Shown in pieces: positions 39,334 through 51,946 of a stretch of DNA of 64,000 nucleotides. This DNA comes from Octopus vulgaris (taxonomy: Eukaryota). The notes below the pieces were generated by a model, which saw only the letters and a list, made by a program, of their open reading frames with translations, searched no databases and had not been told where the DNA came from. The stretch lies in assembly GCA_951406725.2 (NCBI GenBank), contig OX597815.1, positions 137,950,001 to 138,014,000 on the forward strand. The letters are read 5' to 3'. Every line of letters begins with the position of its first letter. Position 1 is the stretch's first letter. A program made the translations under genes and the position numbers.

Positions 39334-40418
39334 CTCTTCTTGGCCCCCTTTTATTTGTTGCATATGTTAATGACATAGATGCCAACTTAAAGAATGCTAC
39401 AGTGTTGAAATATGCAGATGACATCAAGCTGTACCTTGAAATAAAGAAATATAGTGTACAGATCCTGTACACTATAGATCTCTATTGCAATCAGACCTGG
39501 ACACAATGCAGCAGTGGATCATGGACTGGCAACTCAAGCTGGCTGTGGACAAATGTACCACCATGCATTTTGGGAGGAAAAACCCAGCGTCTACTTACTC
39601 CCTCCACAACACTAGTCTCAAACAGTCTTCTTGTGAACGTGACCTGTGCGTTATTGTCGACAGCAATTTGCATTGGACAAAACACATCGCTAAAATTGCT
39701 AAGAAGGCTGAGGGTGTCTTGGCATCACTCACCAAGTCCTTTGTGAGCCACTCTTCGGCTATCTATCTGCGGCTTTATATAGCTATGGTACGACCTCACC
39801 TGGAATTTGCATCACCGGTCTGGAACCCCTATCTTGCCCAGGATATTAATCGTCTGGAACCCCTATCTTGCCCAGGATATTAATCGTCTGGAAGCCGTTC
39901 AGCGACGTGCAACCAAGAGAATACCCTCCATCAGGCATTTGCCATATTCTGAACACCTTACTTCCCTGGGCAGGGACACATTGAAACTCCGATGTCTGGC
40001 AGCTGACTTAGCAGACACCCATAAAATTATTAACCATCTTACAAACAATAACTCTGAGCACCTTTTCAAACTCCACCTGTCTAACACCCGTGGACATGTT
40101 TACAAAGTCAGAAAACAGCACAGCTCCCATGACTTTCGGAAACATTTTTTCACGCTAAGAGTTGCTGAAGCATGGAACAGACTGCCAGCATCAGTTGTTA
40201 GTTGTCGGAGCACTGCATCCTTCAAAACTTCCATGCTTCCTGAGATTCGCCAACACTACACCTGATTTCCTCCCTCCATACACACACAAGCATAAATCTG
40301 ACTCATACACTGTTCGCTTTCCAGACATTTGTACATTACTGCATATACTTTATATGCACTTTTAACAAGTTGTGGTGCACCTGAGCACTGTATACAATAG
40401 TTTCATTATTATTATTAT
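39334..40418 (+). mobile_element. 5'-truncated CR1-clade LINE in a GHITM intron (antisense)
   Basis: LGPLLFVAYVND, KYADDIKL, VRPHLEFASPVWNPY, LEAVQRRATK and HFFTLRVAEAWNRLP; (ATT)n tail; 7-bp TSD AAGTGCT at 39327 and 40419. Confidence 0.93.
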
Positions 40419-41299
40419 AAGTGCTGTGTATGGTGAAGAAATCACTAACAGTGCCCTATTCATATCCTCATCCTAACTAAGATTTATTTGAAAATGGTTA
40501 GAATATAAATACTTTACCTGGTTTAAATATATCATTTCTGGAAAAAAAAAATCACATCCACTCTTAAACCCAATACTACCACTAATAGTGCTCCCTTCTC
40601 AACTCATAATGCTTCCAAGGAGGTGCTACCACCCTAGTTAAGAACGACTGGTATATGCTGAGCCAGATAATGATGCATTCACAAATATACACAATATTCA
40701 AGGGAAAGCAGATTTGATTTGGTGTAAGGTTAGCAGCTAAAATATTTTGTAGTTTTGAAAAGAAAACCTAACCTTTGTGATAAAATCTTGGTTACATTAT
40801 AAATAGGATGTCTGGAAGATATTGCTTTATTTTGAAAAAGAAATAAGGATCCAATCAGTATTTATTAGTTCATCATTTTAAATGGTCAAATTATACTCAA
40901 AACTGTGTATAATTTATAAGTTTAATGTACTTTTTAGGTTATTGGATATGGCATTTCATATAGAATCATGCCTTAAAAGTTAGAATAAATATGGTTTAAA
41001 TAGTACAGAAACAAGTCAGTTTCCGACAATAGCTTCAGATTAAGCACACAGCTGAAAGAATTCATTATACCAAAACAGCTTACTAAGTATTATTTCTGGC
41101 TAAATCAATTTGCTGTGAACATATCTTCTGCATGTTCAACTTAACTATTTATTAATACTATTCTTATATTTAATAAATCTAGCTAGCTCTTGAAAACTGA
41201 GTTGAATAAGTAAAAAAAGACAGAATATAAACATTGAGAAGGTAAAATTCAATTGAAAATAACTTTTACCAAAACATAAAGGAAAAAGAAAAATCTTAC

Positions 41300-41398
41300 C
41301 AATAGAAGACACAAACACAACACCAAGACCAGCAGCCAAAGGTCCACCCATATTCAAAAACTTCTCACTTGGTGCACACATGGCCAGTGTAGATAAAC
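41300..41398 (-). CDS. GHITM: GHITM coding exon 5
   Basis: cctctaag|...G|gtaaga. GLSTLAMCAPSEKFLNMGGPLAAGLGVVFVSSI carries the CAPSEKFLNMG signature. 99 nt. Confidence 0.96.
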
Positions 41399-41514
41399 CT
41401 TAGAGGATAAAATGTAAATATTTACTTCTGACAGAGATAATATAAAAAAATATTTTTTTGTATTTCAAGAAAACTGTAAAGAAAACAGAGTTTTGTAAGG
41501 AAATAAAATTTGCA

Positions 41515-43258
41515 ACCAGTGACAGGAACCCCCGATTCCTTATCTGATGGGTGATGCAGAAACTGGGGATAGACGAATGGTTAATAAAGGTTGTACAGGT
41601 CCTATACAGAGATGCTGTCACTAGGGTTAGGATTGTAAACGAGTATAGTGAAGGATTCCGGGTAGAAGTAGGCGTCCACCAAGGATCAGCCATCAGCCCC
41701 CTCTTATTCATCATAGTCCTCCAGGCAATAACAGAGGAATTCAAGATAAGTTGCTCCTGGGAACTCCTCTATGATGATCTGGCCCTCATAGCAGGATCAC
41801 TACCAGAACTAGAGAAGAAATTTCAGGTTTGGAAGCAAGGTTTAGAATCGAAGGGCCTTAGAGTAAATATTGCAAAGACCAAAGTTCTACTAAGTAGGAA
41901 GGCAAACACATCACACACCCCTGCTCGAGCTGTAGAAAAGGTGTACCCAGTGTAAGCTATGGACACATAAGAAGTGCAGCAACATCAAAGGAAGATTAAT
42001 TGAGAAGATAGCTTTTGTGTGCAGCAGACGTGCAAGGACAATAAACACCACAGATGCTCAGAAAACAGATTCCATCACATGCCAGGGGGGAGAAACTAAA
42101 AGTAGTTGATAGCTTCCGCTACCTAGGTGACCAAATCTGTAGTGGGGGTGGATGCTCAGAGAGTGTTACCACTAGAATAAGAATAGCCTGGGCAAAGTTC
42201 AGAAAGCTTCTACTCCTACTGGTGACAAAGGGCCTCTCACTCAGAGTGAAAGGTAGATTGTATGATGCATGTGTGCAAACTGCCAAGCTTCATGGCAGCG
42301 AAACATGGGCCGTGACTGCAGAAGACATGCGTAGGCTCGAAAGAAATGAAGGTAGCATGATCCACTGGATATGTAATGTCAGTGTGCACACATGACAGAG
42401 TGTAAGCACCCTGAGAAAAATGTTAGACATAAGAAGTATTGCATGTGGCGTGCAAGTATCGGATATGGTCATGTACTATGGATGGATGAGGAGAGCTGTG
42501 TGATGAAGTATTACTCCCAAACAGTGGAAGGAATCCAGAGTAGAGGGACACCCAGGAAGACATGGGATGAGGTGGTGAAGCATGACCTTCGAATGTTGGG
42601 CCTCACAGAGGCAATGACAAAAGACTGAAACCTCTGGAGGTATGCTGTGACTGAGAAGACCTGGAAAATAAAGTGAGCCCACAGCTGTAACCTACACCAG
42701 TGTCACATAACCAGTCCACTCAAAAGCACCTTGGATTGTAGGGCGACATGCTGTGCTTGAGAAGACCTATTGAGTCAAGTACATCATCAAAATCAAATCA
42801 AATGGAAACTGTAGTTGTGAGCCCCGTGTCGGCAGCACATAAAAAGCACCATCTGAATGTGGCCGATGCCGAGTCAAATACATCAACATCAGCAATATTA
42901 AAATCAAATCAAATCAAATGGAAATTGTAGTTGTGAGCTCCATGCCAGTAGCACGTAAAAAGCACCATCCAAATGTGGCCGATGCCAGTGCCACCTTGAC
43001 TGGCTCAGTACTGGTGGCATGTAAAAAGCACCATCTGATCATAGTCAATGCTAGCGCCTCTGGCCCCTTGTGCTGGTGGCACATAAAAAGCACCCACTAC
43101 ACTCTTGGAGTGGTTGGTGTTAGGAAGGGCATCCAGCTGTAGAAGCACTGCCAGATCAGAGTGGGGCCTGATGCAGCCTCCTGGCTTTCCAGACCCCAGT
43201 CAAACCGTCCAACTCTTGCAAGCATGGAAAATGGACATTAAACGATGATGACGATGAT
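41515..43258 (+). mobile_element. 5'-truncated RTE LINE in a GHITM intron (antisense)
   Basis: VGVHQGSAISPLLFIIVL, ELLYDDLALI, VVDSFRYLG and GTPRKTWDEVV; tandem-repeat 3' UTR; GATGATGAC tail. Confidence 0.94.
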
Positions 43259-45539
43259 ATATATGAAGAGAAAAGCAGGCAACTGACAGCTTGATGTATG
43301 TTAGGAGGTTCAATAGTTGTTGTATATGGACACAATAATTTTCATTTGGATGGGGGGGGGGGGATATTGATAATGCTAACAAATTATTCTCTTTATGCTA
43401 AATGAAATGATTTAATATACAGAATAGCTGAGAGCTAAAGTAGGATGCCATGAATGAATTAAAAATGGTATGACAATTACAGTTTAAAGGACATTTCAAG
43501 TGTAGATAATGTTATCTGCTTCAAAATGAAATGGTATGTAGTGAATAGGATATAATTCCAAATGACTAATTTCAAATCAGAAAAATTAATGTTCAATTGA
43601 TTGCAAAGAGCAATTAGCATTTTTGATCAAATTTATTTTATTCATAAAACAGTTTTCAGCTAGCCTTTGACTATCAAATTTAATCTATTTTTCTCTAGAT
43701 ATAACAAATATCAAACATAAACGAAGATTAAGCAGACTTCCTCAACCAAGTAAAACATGTACAATTAACCTTAGTCATTAAAGAAATATGGATGGAACTT
43801 GAAGGATTCCATTTAGATTCTGAAATCATGATTTAATGTGTAACAAATTGTCGATTTCTCAGCCAGTGTTTCATTGCAAGTGTTAACATCAATTTCTTGT
43901 TTATCCAAAGTTAATTTCTATCATAGATAACAAATTTGACAACTTTAGTATCATAACAAGTTATAAGATGTTACCATCATAAATTCTTACAATAAAAATA
44001 ATACCCCACATGTTTTTCACAATACCAACATGAAGGACACTCATAAGAACAACAGCACAATGATTCAGCTATGAGAACTAGATTATTGGCATGCAGGAGT
44101 TCCCACAGAGAGTCAGTCTTAAACTTGCTGCTATGGTCAGAAGAAATATAATAGACAGAACAGGGTTTAAGAAGCAAGCTCCAGTAAAACTTAAAATTTA
44201 ATAAACTAAGTGTAAATGTTGAATTTGATACAAATTAAAGATGGGAAAAAATATCACTAAATATGAATGAGAAAATAGTGATATATGAGAATACAAATAC
44301 AATTTTTCAGCATTATGACCTATTGCATATGAAATTATTCAATAACATATGAAGAAATGAATTGCTATTACAATATTTCTGATTCTTCTAAGATATTTAT
44401 TACTACTTGATAATAAATACCCTAGAACAATCAGAAATATTTTTCAATCAAAATATATTTGATTGTAATGATTATAACACCCCTATTATTTCCAGATTCT
44501 CTGAAATTTCTGATACAGGCAAATCACAGTCTTTTTAATTTGCAACAAGTGCCATGTCTACTTTTAAAGTTGAGTGATTTGTCATAAAAATACTCTGAAC
44601 AGTAAAATGAAAAGAAAAAAAATTGTTCCAACAAATACCAAAAAAGTATTATTCTATATACTTAGCATGATGAAATATATGTGTACAATAAAATACAAAA
44701 ATAACACAGTGTATGCAGGGTAGTGAAGAGAAGACAAATATGTATTAAGGGCAGTAATTATTGTTAGTCATGTGTTCTGTTTATAAATAAGAGTTTAAAT
44801 AAATTTAATGATCAGTGTAAGAATATAGCATTTCTAATATAGCTTAATTCTATGAAAGAAATATTTATTATTTAAAAGGCCATAGTCAATTGAATCAAAC
44901 ATTTACATTACTGGAATATATCTTATCAATCTGAAAGAGATTGTAGTTACTCCTAGAGAGATTTGCACTAAAGATAATTTTTTCTCTATCATTTATCCCA
45001 ATGAGAAGCAGGGTTCATATTCTTTTGAAATCCCATCTCTCACACTAAGGCCAAAGCTGTTTATGTTCTCCTTAAGCTGGTTGTGTGTAGAGAGAAAATT
45101 TCAGAAGTTTGCATATTTGAGAAGGAAGTATTAAGTGTTTAGTAATGGAATTTGGAAATTTTAACAGAAAACAACTCTTGTTGACAATTTATAGAAATAT
45201 CTGTATTTATAAAACTACCAAATACATGAGAAAATAAAATTAAATATCAGCATGGAGCATGATAGTAATAATGATATAATCTATATGGGTTCACTATCTC
45301 ATAACATCTAAACTGAATTAGGTATATTTAGCAAGGGGAGAAGCAGAACGAAGACGTTTGTCAATGTTCTACACCATGAAGAGTTCTGGATTGCAAGACA
45401 GACTATCACAGAGGTGATAAGTGGATGGATAATGGTACACTTGCACTTAGTGATGCTGAAAAGAGGAATGGAAGTGCTCCTATGAAAGGCTACTAAACAT
45501 GGAGAATGTTTGGGAGAAAGAGAAACTGGGCATCCTAGT

Positions 45540-45900
45540 CAACAAATTGATAAATAAATAAATAAAGCAATCAAGGATATGAACACAAGGAAAGTCCCTG
45601 GTCCATCAGGATACACCACTGAGATGCTTAAAATATCTTGTAGAGAAGGTTATGATCTAGTTAGGCTGTACAGGAAGATGTTATACCCATTGACTGGCTT
45701 TGCAGCATTATTATCAACTGCACCAAGGGTGAAGTAGATGCTTTAAATAGAACTACAGAGGCATCAAATTGCTGCCCTCTTTCCTGTTTAACAATTGCAG
45801 AAGTATTTAGCTAAAAGTAAGCCAGTGTACTTAGCATTCATTGACCTGGAGAAAGCCTTTGACAAGGTTCCTCACTCTGATCTGGTGATCCCTGATAAAG
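45540..45900 (+). mobile_element. Degenerate RTE fragment
   Basis: IKDMNTRKVPGPSG, NYRGIKLL and LAFIDLEKAFDKVP motifs with internal deletions. Confidence 0.7.
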
Positions 45901-46211
45901 TCTGAAAGAGCAGCTGGACATTAAATGCATGAACTTATGTATGCAAGAGACACTTGTGTTGATAGGGATATATGATATTAAAGGACAAGGAGTACTGGAT
46001 GAAAGAATGCCAATGGAAGATACCAGTGGCAGAAAATGAACAAGGAAGACAGTTTTACCTGTATCAGGGTACTGAGCTTCATACATAAAATGTCACAGAA
46101 TCAAATTAAATGAAAACTTGTTTCAGTGCAAAACTAAAGTATTGAAGATGTATTAAAGATTACCAATGGCAACTGTTAGAAAAATCAGCTGACATAACAA
46201 AGATAACTTAC

Positions 46212-46410
46212 CGCCAACAACTCCAGCTGTATACCAAGCTGCACGTACTAAAACAGGACCACCCATGAGACATAATGGTGCAATGACAGCACCAACAACA
46301 CCACTGTGAAGCATCCAGGCAAACTGTTTTGCACCGACTCCAGGTTGATATGGAATAGATCGAACCAATATACTGCTTCCAATCATTGCAGCAAATGTAG
46401 CACCGATAGC
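46212..46410 (-). CDS. GHITM: GHITM coding exon 4
   Basis: tttttcag|...G|gtaagt. AIGATFAAMIGSSILVRSIPYQPGVGAKQFAWMLHSGVVGAVIAPLCLMGGPVLVRAAWYTAGVVG. 199 nt. Confidence 0.96.
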
Positions 46411-46652
46411 CTGAAAAATCAATACACATTAGTTTCCAAATGTTCAAGTGTTGAAGTAATATTGTTGGAGGATTCATTTTTTTTTTTGTTATTAATTTCA
46501 AAAAGCAGAAAATATTTGGAGTTACTTCAAAAAATTATTAGTCTGTATTACATTTAAAACTAACTGTAATATTGCTGAGAGGTTGTTTACAGTTAAACTC
46601 ATCTTTTGTGTTTAAACAATACATTTTCAAGTTTTGCATAGTTATGTAAGTA

Positions 46653-47531
46653 CGAGGTCTTATCAATAAGTATCCAGACTGTTGCCATAATAATGAAGCT
46701 AAGGCATGCAGATTGAAACCGCTTGGCACAGACTGACCTTGACTTTTGCTGTGCATGTGCACTAAGTTTTAACATTCTAGCTCATTTCTGCTGTTTACAG
46801 CAGTAACATGTGTAATGTGTGATTGTTGCATTGACCATGACAGAAAGTTGTCATGGCAATACCTGTTCAAAGGCTACGCAAAGTTGCAGAAAATGTATGG
46901 AGAGGAGTGTATGAGCCACACACAAGTGTACGAGTGGTTCAGACATTTCCAAGATGGCCCAAAAAAATGTTGATAACGGCGAATGTTCTGGGAGACCTGC
47001 AACCAGCAGAACTAAGGAGATCATCACAGATGTGAGTGCAGCTGCGAGGGAAAAATCATCGAATCACCATCCATGAGTTATCAGAGGATGCGCAGATTAG
47101 TTACGGTTCAGGTCAGTCCATTATCACTGAAGATTTGTGTACAAGATATGTGTCTGCCAAGTTTGTGCCGAAACTGCTTTCAGCTGACCAAAAAGATACT
47201 TGGGTTTCAGTTGCACAAGATTTTGATTGCGTTGAGAAAAACGGAAACTTTTTGAAAACTTTGCATAGGCCTGAGCAGGTATCACCAAGCTTTTGACAAA
47301 ATTTGATGCAGATTCTCTGCTCAACTTTTTCTGTCATGGTCAATGCGAACAACATACGCTATACACATTACTTCCAAGCACTGCTGTAAATAGCAGAAGT
47401 GAGCTAGAACATTAAAACTTAGTGTGCATGCATAGCAGAGTTCAAGGTCAATCTGTGCCAAGCAGCTTTACTGTGTGTGCTTTAGCTTTGCTATTATGGT
47501 AACAGTCCGGATAATTATTGACCAGACCATG
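46653..47531. mobile_element. Fold-back mariner derivative with two left ends
   Basis: TA-flanked. About 46653-46885 and 47255-47531 are long inverted repeats, each with the transposase start (minus arm MTEKVEQRICIKFCQKLG). The plus interior encodes HTH fragments (YGEECMSHTQVYEWF; RITIHELSE; SAKFVPKLL) but no catalytic domain. Confidence 0.88.
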
Positions 47532-48767
47532 TATTTACATATTTGGGTTAAGAATCTTTATTTCATACTGTGCTCCAACACACTTGTCTACTTAATTCCA
47601 TTCATGAAGGATGCTGATATCAATTCAAGCAACATTTAAACTCATTTAGTAACAGTAACCATATTGGACTGAACTTAGACCCAGATTTGTTTTTGTTCAA
47701 AGTCAATATATGTACTATTTATTACTTTCTGTAATGTCCACTACAAATCTTTTGAAACTTTATCATATAGCAACATCCCATTTTTATATCATACATAGCC
47801 TACCATTCCTAACTTTGTTTCCTCTACTAATTAGAGATATTGTGTTCTGTAATTCTAATCTTTGAAAGATGTCCTACTACCATAAGTTCCGAGTATGTTT
47901 GATTTTTAATGTTTCAAATTTTCTATTTTTTGACAGGATTTAAATGAAAACTTTCATAGAATGTAAATGTCAATTCTGGACACTGTTCTCATGTGAATAT
48001 TTGTAGTGATGAAAGCCAGTTGTTGAGAATCAAATCTTTTTTATTTACATAAAATGTCCAACTTCCAGGATTCTAAGCACTAAGTATGATATGCATTTGA
48101 ACTGGAAGCAACAATAATGATTCCACAATATTCATCAGCACTTTAAAAATTTAGTCTTTCTGAATCCTTTTTGAGCAACATAGGAACTTAATTTCCTCAT
48201 CAATAACTGAACTGATCCTGGTCAAACAGATTTTGAGTTTGGCTTCTAGGCATATTATTACAGCAGTCACTGAAGGAGCAGCTATCAATGGGCTTGATAC
48301 TTATTTGAGTTTGATTCTTCAACAAAACTAAGTTCAGACAGTCTTCCAGATAAAGACTGTTCCAGGCAGTTAAGCCTAATGCATAATTCAGCTCAATATG
48401 GGTGATACTATTGAAAATTAGTTTAAATGAAGTAACATTACATTGTTCCATGAAACCAGAGCAGAAATAAGAGTACTGGAAATCAGTGTGAAATAAAAAG
48501 TTTACAAGTTAAATCTTTGCTCAGATGCAGATAGAAAAAAGTAATAGAGCATCTGATGATAAAGATTAACCTAGTCAAAAATGAAGTATTTTACAAGAGT
48601 GATGAATTTATTAATTTTAGAAGTTATCTCAATAGTAGTAATAAGCCCTCCCAGAAAATATTTGTCACAGAAGAAAAAATATATACATATAATTAATTAC
48701 AAAAAAAATGATAATTAACCCAAAATGAATTAATCAGTAAAAGTATATTTTCAAGAAAAATGCTTAC

Positions 48768-48909
48768 CAGCCATGAATTCTTCATCATTAAGTTAAGCAT
48801 TGTAGGGTTACGATAGACAGCCATAGCTGAGAGAGCAGTAATACCAATACTACCGCCAAAATAAAGGTAGGTGTCACGAATTCTCTGGCGTACAATTTCT
48901 GGCCATATC
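48768..48909 (-). CDS. GHITM: GHITM coding exon 3
   Basis: ttttaag|...CTG|gtaagc. IWPEIVRQRIRDTYLYFGGSIGITALSAMAVYRNPTMLNLMMKNSWL. 142 nt. Confidence 0.95.
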
Positions 48910-50049
48910 CTTAAAATTAAAATTGAAATGAACCTCAAGTATGTTTATGTGAGCATGTGTATGTGTGTATGTATGTGATGTATGAATACTGAGCAACTGC
49001 AATGCAGGCAATTCATCTAGGAGAACAGTAACTCGAAAAAGGAACTGATACAAGATAGAAGGGGACTCTTACATATTGCTACAACAGTCTCTCAAGTGCT
49101 GCTGACATGATAACACTTAAGTTCATGTTGTAAAATTGTTGATAACAGGAAAGTCAGCCAGTCATAAAAACCATTCCAAGAAAATGGAACTGATGTAGAC
49201 TCACCAAGTTACATCACAAGCAATCTGGTACAAGGTAGAAAAGACTTTTTAGTCTTGCTGCAGACACACTCTCGTCCACTAGTGGTACAATAAAAATGCA
49301 TTGAATCTACACCATCATCACAAATCACACATAAAGAAAATGTTGGCTGGTTTACTCTATTGCAATATGTGCCAGATGATATTGACTGCAACGAGATGAT
49401 GAAGATGAGGATGATGACAAAACACTAAGACCTATCCAACCTATACCAGCATAGAAAAATGGATGTAAACTATATATTGGAAAGATGTACTTTTTTAAAA
49501 CTACATTTTTAGAATCATCATAATTATTTAATGTCTGTTCTCTATGCTGGCATGGGTTGGATGGTTTGAAAGGAGTTGGCCAGATGGAGAGCTGCCCTGG
49601 CTCCATTTATCTTGTTTTAGCATGGTTTCAATGGCTGGATGCCTTTCCTAATGCCAACCACTTTACAGAGTGTACTGGGTACTATAATTAAAATGGGCAT
49701 TAACTAAAGAATCTATAGCTCATATCCTCTTATATCATTGGCAATCAACCTTCATACAAAAATAAATTGTACATTGTCATAATCTTTTCTACTCTCATTC
49801 CATTGTTCAGTTAAATACATTTTACTTCTCTCCTGAATACATTGATAATACTTTCATATTCCAATAAATTTTACCTAAATCAATGGTAAAATTAAATAAA
49901 CTAAACTACATGATCTATAGTCTTGGGACACAAACTGTTTTTCAAACAATCTCTCAAAAGGGAAAATGGATACAGTGTCTTTCATCTCAGATCTTCTTCA
50001 TCACAGACTAAAGAATAACTAACGTTTCAAATGAAAATTAAAAACTTAC

Positions 50050-50161
50050 GCAGCACGTTCAATGGCTCCTACTTCATTGGATAATCCAAGGCCATAGTAA
50101 CACAAAGATCCTAAACCAATCACAGATGCACCTGCAACCAAGCCACGGCCTAGACTGAAAG
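50050..50161 (-). CDS. GHITM: GHITM coding exon 2
   Basis: tttacacag|...GC|gtaagt. Translates SFSLGRGLVAGASVIGLGSLCYYGLGLSNEVGAIERAA, matching the GHITM motif GLGALCYYGLGLSNEIGAIE. 112 nt; absent from the ORF track. Confidence 0.95.
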
Positions 50162-51735
50162 CTGTGTAAAATAAAGAGAAGATATTGAAAGAAAAGAAAA
50201 TATATTTCAAGTGAACTCGTAAATAAAAATTTAAGTTTATATTATGGTTAATATGTAAATATGTGCAAAAGATGACAAATTAATATGAAATACATGCAAA
50301 TCATAGATGGAAATTACAAGAAAATTCTGCTTCTTTTATTAGCAAAATTCATCATCATTGTATCATTTATTTCAAAATTTGCTGCTAAAGGCAATATTTT
50401 TCATATTTCTTTCTAATGTCTAAACTGTCAGAAAGACTTTGGGACCAGAAACAATTGCCAAGTATTGAATCAATTTATGTAGCGCAAATATTAACCTTCA
50501 GTGCAAGTATGTTCACGTTTATTGCAAATGGTGGTTGCTGGTTTTCAATTAAAGTATACCATAATGGATCTCATCTGGAAATAATAATGATTTCATAGCA
50601 TTCACTGGCACATTAACAATTGAGTCTGACACTTTTCAGATTCTTTGCCAAGTGACAAGAAAATTTCAGTGGTGGAGTCATATTTTCCTCTTTAAACACG
50701 TTGACTGCCAACAACGAGTTATCTTGTAGTTGGCAATCTATACAATTTTGCCAGGCACGAGTATACTCGTAGAGGTCTATTTTATTGTAATGCACTTAAA
50801 AATGAACTGGCGTCTGGAGCTAACATTGTGAGTGTGTTGTGGAAACACTAAAGACACCCTTTATTTGCCCAACGATATGAGTTAACTTGTATCATGGCAC
50901 CTGCCAGGAATTATATTTGGTAAAACATCTATATATATCAGGCATAAGAAAAAATATTTCCTTTATCATTTATTGCAATCTTTTACATTTGGGTTGTAAT
51001 AGCATATAAAAGTTTAATTCCTCTAAATTGAAATACATCTCACTCCTAACTTCCAAGCAGTCTTTAAATTGGCCAGGTAATTCAAGTTAAATAAGCTGTT
51101 TCTTAATCCGTGTTTCAGACATTGCTTTTCATTTTAATAAAAAGGTGCATTTGAATGCATTGTCTCACTTATGTTCATCAACAATTCTGAGACCTGGCTT
51201 TCTTAAACAATTTATTCAGATTAAACATTTCAGTTAAATATTCAAGACGTGTAATTGTGTACACTTCAATAACAGATAATACAAGATATCTGGAGAGGAA
51301 ATAATGATGATGTCCTAACAAGTTGCATTTAACATTGCTGCATTTCACTCCAATTTGTCAATGAATTATATTTTCATCCCTACTGTGCCAGTACCACATA
51401 AAAAGCACTCATGTTAGTGCTACATAATAAGCACTCATGCTGATGGCACATTAAAAGCACCCAGCACATACTGTAAAGTGACTGGTGTTAGGAAAGGCAT
51501 CCAGCCATAGAAACTAAGCCAAATCAGACTGGAATCAAGTGCAGCTTCCCAACTTGCCAGCTCTGATCAAACCATCCAACCCATACCAGCATGGTAAATG
51601 GATGTTAAAGGATGATGATGAAAGTTAGTATATTTTATGTCTAGTGATTCAGAAAATACATATATTTTTAAAACATTAAAAAAGCGACAATAAATTGAAA
51701 TATAATTTAAATAGAAAGGTAATAGAAAGTATTAC

Positions 51736-51946
51736 ATGTATCAGTAGCAGGCGCCATAATAATTTCTTTCAAAGATCTGGCTTTGGCAGCTCGTGCAGTT
51801 CTTCGGGTTGAGGAACGTGCTTGATTAGTGAACATCTGTACAGGAGTGTAGAATGATGGTTTGCCAGCTTTTGTCAGGATACATGACCTCGACAGGCAGC
51901 TAGTTACAGCTGCCATTGGCAGACGACTCATTGTAGTTGCCAGCAT
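51736..51946 (-). CDS. GHITM: GHITM/TMBIM5 coding exon 1 (mitochondrial presequence-like N-terminus)
   Basis: ATG at 51946 gives MLATTMSRLPMAAVTSCLSR...ARSLKEIIMAPATDT, R/K/S/T/A-rich with no acidic residue before E61. Acceptor ttttgtag|g at 51972, donor T|GTAATA at 51736. 211 nt, phase 1 matches the next exon. Confidence 0.85.
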
